Shown in pieces: positions 12,827-24,800 of a stretch of 64,000 nucleotides of DNA; the first letter of the stretch is position 1; every line of letters begins with the position of its first letter. The notes under the pieces were generated by a model. That model saw nothing but the letters and a program-made list of their open reading frames with translations. It made no database searches and was not told the DNA's origin. The stretch comes from Eutreptiella sp. 'Long Island Sound 2002'. Taxonomy: Eukaryota > Protista > Euglenida. The stretch spans positions 52,452,001-52,516,000 of the forward strand of contig OZ038379.1 of NCBI GenBank assembly GCA_964036045.1, in the 5' to 3' direction. Both the position numbers and the translations under genes were made by a program.

Positions 12827-14107
12827 CTATTGCAGAAGCCACACCCTAAACCCCCCAATTGGCCCAGTCCTGTATGGGAACATGCTCATCATCCGATGCA
12901 ATGTGCAAAAGGGGGCTACCTGCAGTGAGTGATTGAAGAATGCTCCCCGGAAATGGCCACCGCTCTCATAACCATCACGTTCCGCCTGAGCAATAACCAC
13001 CACAGTCGCCCTTTTGCAATGCTCCTCCATACCTCCACGCCCATGGACACACAGTGGAGCCTCACGTCTAGGCACCCAAACACTAGCTGACGTGAACGCA
13101 CTGCCCATCCCAAATGATGATGCCACAATGTTGTATGTGTTTGTTCGCAATGGCACCACACCACCACTCACATGCTTTGCCAAACTAGCAAAGAGCTCGG
13201 GTAGACAGCCTTGGGGTCGGGCACCCCATAGCCCCCTCTCAGGATCCCTGTTCACTGTTAGTGCAGACTCCTCATCTAAAAGGCCACACATTTCACGATA
13301 TACCACAATGACTTTTGCCCGGAGCGATGTGTCTGCCAAGGGGCCGTCACTACCAATTGCATGCATGCTTTGGGCCACGGAATAGAAGAAACAAGGTGCT
13401 GCAACAAACTGGTCTGGTAAAAGGCGTAACTTCAAAGACCTGACGGTTGACAGGTCCTGGTTTTGATTCTGCTTGATGGGCTTCCGTTGCACAGTGGCCA
13501 ATGGAGCATCACAATCCACAGGGCCTGTCTTTGTGCCTGGTTCTATCGTGGCACATTTCAAGGGAGGAGTTGCCCCTGCATTACTCGGAGGTGTAATCCC
13601 TGGCCGCTTTCTCCTCATGGGGCTCTGTTCCAAGCAAGTTGGGTTCTCAACTTGCGCAGTGACAGAATCACTACTGGAGTGACTACATGCCCTCACCGTT
13701 GCCACAGTGCCTGTGCGGCAAGGACTACAGTCCATAGCAATTTGCTCCTTAGGTCGCTTTGCAAGTGGTACAGGGCAGTCCTCCAAGCAACTTGCCACCT
13801 GTCCATCACTGGCTGCTGGTGTCAGACGTGCAGTGTCCACCACTGCAGGGGGGGCAAGGGACTGTGGCGTGAGAACCCCTGTTGGGCTGACCATAGATGC
13901 AATGCACAGTGACTCACCTGTGGGGCAATCCTGGGGCCTGTGGACTGCTGCTCCATGCCCTTGCGTTGTGGCAGAGGCCGTGGAGTCATTTAGAGAACCT
14001 CTGGGGGGGCCTTGTGGACTGAGCACCCCGCCAGGGGCCAGCACACCATGGCTACCCATACTACGTACACCTGCTGAGGGAACATGCCCCTGTGTGGAGG
14101 AAGACAA
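12827..14107 (-). pseudogene. 426-aa ORF: low-complexity N-part plus OTU-like cysteine protease domain
   Basis: APCFFYSVAQSM...LRAKV (Cys motif) and ESGGHFRGAF (His motif) in the last ~190 aa. Confidence 0.55.
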
Positions 14108-14161
14108 GGTGGGGTCGTTGGACTCACCGCTTGGGTGGTCATGTGCGTTGAGGACTGGTGC

Positions 14162-15702
14162 TCAATGCCCCTGCGCTACGGCAGAGGATGTGGAGTCATT
14201 GGGGTCACCTCTTGGGTGCCTTTGTGGAGTTAGGTGTTGTGTGTATGCTCGACGCACACCGGCCTCCTCCATGAGAGCCACCAATTCATTCAGCATCACG
14301 AGACCCCCATCATCCCTCCATGGATTGTCAATAACCCGCACTGCTGCATGCAGACGTCCAGGGGGATTTTTTGGTACCTTTGGGCCGAAAGGGGTGGAAC
14401 GCATCAACAGGTCAGTGCAATCCTACATGGGTACCGCAGGCTATTTGCGAAGTGGTGCCCTAGTGTGTACACTGCCACTAGGCTGTCCTCACTCAATGGT
14501 TCGTTGTGTTGCTCTTGTCGCCCTTGGAATGCAATAATTAGACGACATGCAACCCCATGGGCGGCCTGCATCAAAGCTTGGTCGAAGCGTTGTTGCCGTG
14601 TCAAGGCGACATGGTCTTGTGGCACAAGTTGCACATGCGCTGGTGGGGCCCGTGGGACCCGGCAACAGGTCACTGACAAGTGGTTTGGGCCCACTTGTTG
14701 CTTGCGGCCACACAAATGGGCCCAATGGGTGCCCAACTCTCCTAACCAAGAGCTCATAGAAAAGCCCCATTAAGGGGTGGGTCACGCCCTGTCCAGAACA
14801 GCCACTCTTCCACTAAAGGTAGTGCACGCACCAATGAGCACCACACTGCCTTTTGGTCTGCCGGCTTCACACTGCTTGGCCACCCCCCGAGTGCTGCCTC
14901 GCGGCCACCAGCCTTACCGGTCTGCCATAGCCTCAGCCGCTCCCACATTGCTGTAGCAACCGCACGATCGTACACAGAGTTGCCCCCATCATGCAAGGGG
15001 TGTATGGAAAACCCATACTTGGTGTACATGAACCGACACAGTGCCCTGGCACCATTGTGATCCACCATATCCAGATCAGATGCTCCCATGCGGCTCCTCA
15101 ACCGCCTCCAGAGGTCCGCTGCCACATGATGTGTGGATTCCCATCCCAATTGTCCACTGGCCAAAAGTAGGCCATATTTCATTCTTCCGGGCTCCAATAA
15201 GTTTTCCGGCGGCCACTCACCAGGCAGGTCCATTGCAGGGCTTGTGCACCACCACCGTTAGTGGTCTTGGTGCCTGTCGTGGCTTGCAAGGTCCGCAACC
15301 TTGACCACTATGGGGCTCCCACAACCTAGGCGGGCAATCAAGCGCACGGCCCTGGTACTCAAAGTGCCAGACCACCTTTGCCTCAGGCTAAGCAACTGGT
15401 CCAGGGGTTGCCACTGCTGATGAGTTTTTGTAAGTGGCGCTATGGCTCTGACCACAAACAGAATTCTACAATTCAGTGGAACGCAGTGGTTGGGACAAGG
15501 TTCGGTCGCTTAGCGCAAGGGCTTGGAACAAAACCAACTGTTGTGGCTCAGTGGCACACAATAATGACTCGAGTTGCAAGGGGACTGTAGCGGGTGGGAC
15601 AACGTTCGGTCGCCCAGCGCAAGGGCTTGGACGAGAACCAGCTGTTGCGGCTCGGTGACATACAGTAATGTACGTAGTGGCAATGAGGCCAGCTGACTTC
15701 AT
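14162..15702 (-). pseudogene. Frameshifted coding fragments of giant hAT body, unknown domains
   Basis: Minus ORFs 15466-15702, 15258-15455, 14754-15233, 14404-14785 and 14162-14407. Internal ~105-bp (15490-15670) and ~210-bp (13950-14230) duplications. Confidence 0.4.
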
Positions 15703-15830
15703 AGGCCTACAACACTAGGGTTGAGGCCACACAACGCAGACCTACATCTCAAAGGGTGTAGTGAGGCAAAAGAATTTGCAAGGAGGAATGGCATAGATGC
15801 ATCAATAAAATGGGCAAACACGTTCTACAC

Positions 15831-18800
15831 TTGTCTAGAGGGCACGCGATTATTCCTAACGGGGTGGAGACCCTCCTATGAATCATCGCGTGGGCACGCG
15901 GTGATTCCTAAGGGGGTGTAGACCCCCCTATGAAGAATCGCGCGGGATCGCCGTGCTTCACACAGGGGTGTGGACCCCCCTATGAATCATCGCGTGGGCA
16001 CACGATGATTCCCCAGGGGGTGTAGACCCTCATAGGAATCATGCCGCGGGCACGCGATGATTACTGCGGGGGTGTAGACCCCCCTATAATTCATTGTGTG
16101 GGCCCTATACTAGCCTGGAGGGCACGCGATGATTCCTAACAGGGTGTAGACCCCCCTATGAATCATCGCGTCGGTACGCGATGATTCCTACGGGGGTGTA
16201 AAGCCCGCTATGTATCATCGCGTGGGCACGCGATGATTCCTCAGGGGGTGAATACCCTCCTAGGAATCATCGCCTGGGCACGGGATGATTCCTAAGGGAG
16301 CGGAGACCCTCCTATGAATCATCGCGTGGGCACGCGATGATTCCTAAGGGGCTTTCGACCCTCCTATGAGCCATCGCGTGGGGACATTCCTAAGAAGGTG
16401 TAGACCCACGTAAGAATCATCGTGGGGGCACGTGATGATTCATAGAGGGGTGTAGACCCCCCTATGAGTAATCGCGTGGACCCAATACTAGTCTAGAGTG
16501 CACGCGATGATGCCTAACAGGGTGTAAACCCCCCTAAGAATTATCGCATGGGCACGCGATGATTCTTAAGGGGTGAAGACCCTCCTGGGGATCATTCAAT
16601 GGGGAGGTGATGACTCCTACGGGGGTGTAGACCCTCCTAGGAAACATCGCCTGGGCACGCGAGGGGGTGTAGAACCTCCTAGGTATCATGGCGTGGGCAC
16701 GCGATGATTGCTAAGGGGGTGAAGACCCTCCTATGAACATCGCGTGGGCACGCGGTTATTCCTAAGGGGGTGTAGACCCTCCTATGAATCACGCGTGGGC
16801 ACCCGATGATTCCTAAGGGGGTGTAGACACCCGTAAGAATCGTCGTGTGGGCAGGCGGTGATTCGTCGAGGGGTGTAGACCCCCGTAAGAATCATCCCGT
16901 GGGCACGTGATGACTTCTAAGGGGGTAAAGACCCTCCTAGGAATCATCGCATGAGCACGCGGTGATTCCTGAAGGGGTGTAGACCCTCCTAGGAATCATC
17001 GCCCGGGCACGCGATGAGTCCTAAAGGGGTGTAGATCATCCTAGGAATCATCGCGTGGGCACGCGATGATTCATAAGGGGGTGTAGACCATCCTATGAGT
17101 CATCGTGTGGGCCCTGAACTGGTATAGAGGGCACGCGATGATTCCTAACAGGGTGTACAGCCGCCTATGAATCATCAGACGGGCACGCGATGAGTCCTAA
17201 GGGGGTGTAGACCCCGCTATGAATGATCGTGTGGGCAAGCGATGATTCCTAAGGGGGTGAAACCCCTCCTAGGAATCATCGCCTGGGCACGGGATGATTC
17301 CTAAGGGGGTGTAGACCCTCCTATGAATCATCGCGTGGGCACGCGATGATTCCTAAGGGGCTTTTGACCCTCCTATGAACCATCGCGTGGGGACATTCCT
17401 AAGAAGGTGTAGACCCATGTAAGAATCATCGTGGGGGCACGTGATGATTCATAGAGGGGTGTAGACCCCCCTATGAGTAATCGCGTGGACCCTATACTAG
17501 TCTAGAGTGCACGCGATGATGCCTAACAGGGTGTAAGCCCCCCTAAGAATTATCGCATGGGCACGCGATGATTCTTAAGGGGTGAAGACCCTCCTGGGAA
17601 TCATCGCATGGGGAGGTGATGACTCCTACGGGGGTGTAGACCCTCCTAGGAAACATCGCCTGGGCACGCGAGGGGGTGTAGAACCTCCTAGGTATCATGG
17701 CGTGGGCACGCGATGATTGCTAAGGGGGTGAAGACCCTCCTATGAACATCGCGTGGGCACGCGGTGATTCCTAAGGGGGTGTAGACCCTCCTATGAATCA
17801 CGCGTGGGCATCCGATGATTCCTAAGGGGGTGTAGACACCCGTAAGAATCGTCGTGTGGGCAGGCGGTGATTCGTAGAGGGGTGTAGACCCCCGTAAGAA
17901 TCATCCCGTGGGCACGTGATGACTTCTAAGGGGGTAAAGACCCTCCTAGGAATCATCGCATGAGCACGCGGTGATTCCTGAAAGGGGTGTAGACCCTCCT
18001 AGGAATCATCGCCCGGGCACGCGATGAGTCCTAAAGGGGTGTAGATCATCCTAGGAATCATTGCGTGGGCACGCGATGATTCATAAGGGGGTGTAGACCA
18101 TCCTATGAGTCATCGTGTGGGCCCTGAACTGGTATAGAGGGCACGCGATGATTCCTAACAGGGTGTAGACCCGCCTATGAATCATCACGCGGGCACGGGA
18201 TGAGTCCTAAGGGGGTGTAGACCCCGCTATGAATGATCGTGTGGGCAAGCGATGATTCCTAAGGGGGTGAAACCCCTCCTAGGAATCATCGCGTGGGCAC
18301 GCGATGATTCCTAAGGGGGTGTAGACCCTCCTAGAAATCATCGTGTGGGCACGTGACAATTCAAGGAGGGGTGTAGACCCTCCTAGAAATCGTTGCGTGG
18401 GCACGCGATGATTCCTAAGGGCGTGTAGACCCCCTACGAATCATCGTGCGGGCACGCGATGATTCCTAAGGGGGTGTGGACCCTCCGGTGAATCATAACG
18501 GGGGCACTTGATGGTCCCTAAGAGCGTGTAGACCCTCCAATTATTCATCACGGGGCGCGGGATGATTCTAACAGGGCTGGAGATCCCCCTAAGAATCTTC
18601 CCGTGGGCACGCGATGATTCGTAGAGGGGTGTAGCCCCTCCTAGGAATCGTCGCGTGGGCACGCGATGATTCACAAAGGGGTGTAGACCCGCCTACGAAT
18701 CATCACGGGGGCACGCCATTGTTCCTAAAGGGCCATAGACCCTCCTATGAATCATCGCGTGGGCATACAACGATTCCTAAGGGGGTGTAGACCCTCCTAG

Positions 18801-21800
18801 GAATTATAGTGTGGAAACTGGATGATTCATAGAGGGGTGTAGACCCTCCTAGGAATCATCGCGTGGGCACGCGATGATTCCCAAGGGGGTAGACCCTCAA
18901 ATGAATCATCACGGGGGAACGGGCTGATTCATAGAGGGATGTAGACCCTCCTGGCAATCATCCCGTGGGCACGCCATGTTTCCTAAGCGGGTGTAGACCC
19001 TCCTAAGAATCATCACGTGGGCACGCCATGTTTCCTAAGGGGCTGTAGACCCCCCTATGAGTCATCGCGTGGGCACGCGATGATTCCTAAGGGGGTGTAG
19101 ACCCTCCTAGGAATCATCGCGGGGGCACGGGACAATTCATAGTGGGCTGTAGATCCCCCTAGGAATCTTCCCGTGGGCACACGGTGATTCATAGAGGGGT
19201 GTAGACCCTCCTGGGAATCATCGCCTAGGCACGCGATGATTCACACAAGGGTGTAGACCCTCCTAGGAATCATCACGTGGGCAGGCCATAGTTCCTAAGG
19301 GGATGTAGACCCTCCTAGGAATCATCGGGTGGGCGCACGATGATTCGTAAGGGGGTGTAGACCCTCCTAGGAATCATCGTGTGGGCACGCGATGATTCCT
19401 AAGGGGGTGTAGACCCTGCAATTATTTATCCCGGGGCACGCGATGATGCATAGAGGGGTGTAGACCCTCCTAGGAATCATCATGTGGGCACGCGATGATT
19501 CACAAAGGGGTGTAGACCGTCCTAGGAATCATCACGTGGGCACGCCATAGTTCCTAAGGGGCAATAGGCCCTCCTATGAATCATCGCGTGGGCACACAAC
19601 GATTCCTAACGGGGTGTGGAACCTCCTAGGAATCATCGTGTGGGCACCGGATGGTTCACAGAGGGCTGTAGACCCTCCTAGGAATGATGGCGTGGGCACG
19701 CCATGATTCCCAAGGGGGTGTAGACCCTCAAATGAATCATCACGGGGGCACCGGATGATTCATAGAGGGATGTAGACCCTCCTGGGGAGCATCGCGTGGG
19801 CACGCCATGTTTCCTAAGGGGGTATAGACTCTCCGAGGAATCATCACGTGGGCACGCCACGTTTCGTAAGGGGTTGTAGACCCCCCTATGAGTCATTGTG
19901 TGGGCACGCGATGATTCCTAAGGGGGTGTAGACCCTCCTAGGAATCATCACGTGGGCACGCCATGTTTCCTAAGGGTGTGCAGACCCTCCAATGTATCAT
20001 CGCGCTGCACGGGATGATTCATAGAGGGCTGTAGATTCCCCTCAGAATTTTCCGGTGGGCACGTGATGATTCACAGAGGGTTGTAGACCCTCCTAGGAAT
20101 CAACGTGAGGGCACGCGATGATTCACATAGGGATGTAGACACTCCTAGGAATCATCACGTGGGAACGCCATAGCTCCTAAGGGGGTGTAGACCCTCCTAG
20201 GAATTATAGTGTGGAAACTGGATGATTCATATAGGGGTGTAGACCCTCCAAGGAATCATCGCGTGGGCACGCGATGATTCCCAAGGGGGTAGACCCTCAA
20301 ATGAATCATCACGGGGAACGGGCTGATTCATAGAGGGATGTAGACCCTCCTGGCAATCATTCCGTGGGCACGCCATGTTTGCTAAGGGGGTGTAGACCCT
20401 CCTAGGAATCATCACGTGGGCACGCCATGTTTCCTAAGGGGCTGTAGACCCCCCTATGAGTCATCGCGTGGGCACGCGATGATTCCTAAGGGGGTGTAGA
20501 CCGTCCAATGAATCATCGCGGGGGCACGGGACGATTCATAGAGGGCTGTAGATCCCCCTAGGAATCTTCCCGTGGGCACGCGGTGATTCATTGAGGGGTT
20601 TAGACCCTCCTGGGAATCATCGCCTAGGCACGTGATGATTCACACAGGGGTGTAGACCCTCCTAGGAATCATCACGTGGGCACGCCATAGTTCCTAAGGG
20701 GATGTAGACTCTCCTAGGAATCATTGGGTGGGCGCACGATGATTCGTAAGGGGCTGTAGACCCTCCTAGGAATCATCACGTGGGCACGCGATGATTCCTA
20801 AGGGGGTGTAGACCCTCCAATTATTTATCCCGGGGCACGGGATGATTCATAGAGGGCTGCAGATCCCCCCAGGAATCTTCCCGTGGGCACGCGATGATTC
20901 ATAGAGGGGTGTAGACCCTCCTGGGAATCATCGGGTGGGCACGCGATGATTCACAAAGGGGTGTAGACCGTCCTAGGAATCATCACGTGGGCACGCCATA
21001 GTTCCTAAGGGGCAATAGACCCTCCTATGAATCATCGCGTGGGCACACAACGATTCCTAACGGGGTGTAGAACCTCCTAGGAATCATCGCGTGGGCACGG
21101 GATGATTAATAGAGGGGTGTAGACCCTCCTAGGAATGATGGCGTTGGCACGCCATGATTCCCAAGGGGGTGTAGACCCTCAAATGAATCATCACGGGGGC
21201 ACGGGATGATTCATAGAGGGATGTAGCACCTCCTAGGGAGCATCGTATGGGCACGCCATGTTTCCTAAGGGGCTGTAGACTCTCCTAGGAATCATCACGT
21301 GGGCACGCCATGTTTCGTAAGGGGCTGTAGACCCCCCTATGAGTCATCGCATGGGCACGCGATGATTCCTAAGGGGGTGTAGACCCGCCTAGCAATCATC
21401 ACGTGGGCACGCGATGTTTCCGAAGGGGGTGTAGACCCTCCAATGAATCATCCGGTGGGCGCGCGATGGTTCCTAAGGTGCCGTAGACCCTCATAGGAAT
21501 CATCGCGTGGGCACGCGATGATTCCCAAGGGGGTGTAGACCCTCCTATGAATCATCGCGTGGGCACGCGATGATTCCTAAGGGGGTGTAGACCCTCCGAT
21601 GAATCATAACGGGGGCACGCATTGATTCCTAAGGGGGTGTAGACCCTCCAATGTATCATCGCGCGGCACAGGATGATTCATAGAGGGCTGTAGATCCTTG
21701 TAGGAATCTTCCGGTGGACACCCGATGATTCATAGAGGGCTGTAGACCCTCCTAGGAATCATCGCATGGGCACGCGATGATTCACATAGGGGTGTAGACC

Positions 21801-24800
21801 CTCCTAGGAATCATTGCGTGGGCAAGCGGTGATACACACAGGGGTGTAGACCCTCCTAGGAATCATTGCGTGGGCACGCGATGATTCCTAAGGGGTCATA
21901 GACCCTCGAATGAATCATCGCGGGGGCACTGGATGATTCATAGAGGGATGTAGACCCTTCTAGGGATCATCGCGTGGGCACGCCATGTTTCCTACGGGGG
22001 TGTAGAACCTCCTAGGAATCATCACGTGGGCACGCCATGTTTCCTAAGGGTGTGTAGACCCTCCAATGAATCATCGCGGGGGCACCGAATGATTCATAGA
22101 GGGATGTAGACCCTTCTAGGGATCATCGCGTGGGCACGCCATGTTTCCTAAGGGGGTGTAGACCCTCCTAGGAATCATCATGTGGGCACACCATGTTTCC
22201 TAAGGGGGTGTAGACCCTCCCGGGGGCAGGGGATGATTCATAGAGGGCTGTATATCCCCCTAGGATTCTTGCCGTGCGCACGCGATGATTCATAGAGGGG
22301 TGTAGACCCTCCTAGGAATCATCACATGGGCACGTCAAAGTTCCTCGGGGGATGTAGACCCTCCTATGAATCATCGTGTGGGCACACCATGATTCCTAAG
22401 GTGGTGTAGACCCTCCTGGGAATCAACGTGTGGACACGCGATGATTCACATAGGGGTGTAGACCCTCCTAGGAATCATCGCGTGGGCAAGCGATGATACA
22501 CACAGGGGTGTAGACCCTCCTAGGAATCATTGCGTGGGCACGCGATGATTCCTAAGGGGGTATAGACCCTCGAATGAAGCATCGCGGGGGCAACGGATGA
22601 TTCATAGAGGGATGTAGACCCTTCTAGGGATCATTGCGTGGGCACGCCATGTTTCCTAAGGGGGTGTAGACCCTCCTAGGAATCATCACGTGGGCACGCC
22701 ATGTTTCCTAAGGGTGTGTAGACCCACCAATGAATCATCGCGGGGGCACCGGATGATTCATAGAGGGATGTAGACCCTTCTAGGGATCATCGCGTGGGCA
22801 CGCCATGTTTCCTAAGGGGGTGTAGACCCTCCTAGGAATCATCACGTGGGCACACCATGTTTCCTAAGGGGGTGTAGACCCTCCCGGGGGCAGGGGATGA
22901 TTCATAGAGGGCTGTATATCCCCCTAGGATTCTTGCCGTGCGCACGCGATGATTCATAGAGGGGTGTAGACCCTCCTAGGAATCATCACATGGGCACGCC
23001 AAAGTTCCTCAGGGGATGTAGACCCTCCTATGAATCATCGTGTGGGCACACAATGATTCCTAAGGGGGTGTAGAGCCTCCTGGGAATCAACGTGTGGACA
23101 CGCGATGATTCCTAGAGCGGTGTAGACCCTCCTATGAATCTTCAGGTGGGCACGCGATGATTCACACAGGGGTGTAGACCCTCCTAGGAATCATTGCGTG
23201 GGCACACGATGATTCCTAAAGGGGTATAGACCCTCAAACGAATCATCGCGGGGGCACGGGATGGTTCATAGAGGGATGTAGACCCTTCTAGGGATCATCG
23301 CGTGGGCACGCCATGTTTCCTAAGGGGGTGTAGACCCTCCTAGGAATCATCACGTGGGCACGCCATGTTTCCTAAGGGTGTGTAGACCCTCCAATGAATC
23401 ATCGCGGGGGCACTGGATGATTCATAGAGGGCTGTAGATCCCCCTAGGAATCTTGCCGTGCGCACGCGATGATTCATAGAGGGGTGTAGACCCTCCTAGG
23501 AATCATCGCCTAGGCACGCGATTATTCACAAAGGGGTGTACACCATCCTAGAAATCATCACATGGGCACGCCATAGACCCTCCTATGAATCATGGGGTGG
23601 GCACACGATAATTCGGAAAGGGGTGTAGACCCTCCCAGGAATCATCGCCTAGGCACGCGATGATTCATGGAGGGGTGTGGCCCTACTAGGAACCATCGCG
23701 TGGGCACCCGATGATGCACAGAGGGGTGTAGACCCTCCTAGGAATCATCGCGTGGATGATTCCCAAGTGGGTGTAGACCCTCCTAAGAATCATCGCCTGG
23801 GCACGCGATGTTTCCTAAAGGGATGTAGACCTTCCTAGGAATCATCACGTGGGCACGCCATGTTTCCTAACGGGGTGTAGACCCCCCTCTGAGTCATCGC
23901 GTGGGCACGCATTGATTCCGAATGGGGTGTAGACCCTCCAATGAAAAATCTCGGGGGCACAGGATGACTCATAGAGGGCTGTAGATTCCCCTAGAAATCT
24001 TCCCGTGAGCACAGAGGGGTGTAGACCGTCCTAGGAATCATCACGTGGGCACGCCATAGTTCCTAAGAGGGTGTAGACCCTCCTAGGAATCATCACGTGG
24101 GCACGCAATGATTCATTGAGGGATGTACACCCTCCTACAAATCATCGAGTGGGCACTCCATGATTCCCAAGGGGGTAGACCCGCCAATGAATCATCGCGG
24201 GGGCAGTGGAGGATTCATAGAGGGATGTAGACCCTCCTAGGAATCATCGCGTGGAGACACGAGGATTGGCGGAGGGGTGTAGACCCTCCTACGAATCATC
24301 GCGTGGGCACGTGATGATTCCTAAGGGGGTTTAGACCCTCCTAGCAATCATCGCGTGGGCAAGCGATGATTCAGAGAGGGGTGTAGACCCTCCTAGGAAT
24401 CATCGCGTGGGCACCGGATGATTCATAGAGGGATGTAGACCCTTCTAGGGATCATCGCGTGGGCACGCCATGTTTCCTAAGGGTGTGCAGACCCTCCAAT
24501 GAATCATCGCGGGGGCACTGGATGATTCATAGAGGGCTGTAGATCCCCCTAGGAATCTTGCCGTGCTCACGCGATGATTCATAGAGGGGTGTAGACCCTC
24601 CTAGGAACCATCGCCTAGGCATGCGATGATTCACAAAGGGGTAGAGACCATCCTAGGAATCATCACATGGGCACGCCATAGTTCCCGAGGGGATGTAGGC
24701 CCTCCTATGAATCATGGGGTGGGCACACGATAATTCGGAAAGGGGTGTAGACCCTCGTAGGAATCATCGCCTAGGCACGCGATGATTCATGGAGGGGTGT

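Noticed and set aside
13707-14537. Plus-strand 276-aa ORF (likewise 50532-51233, 33664-34362, 40702-41538 minus)
   Set aside because: Antisense shadows of motif-bearing frames on the opposite strand.
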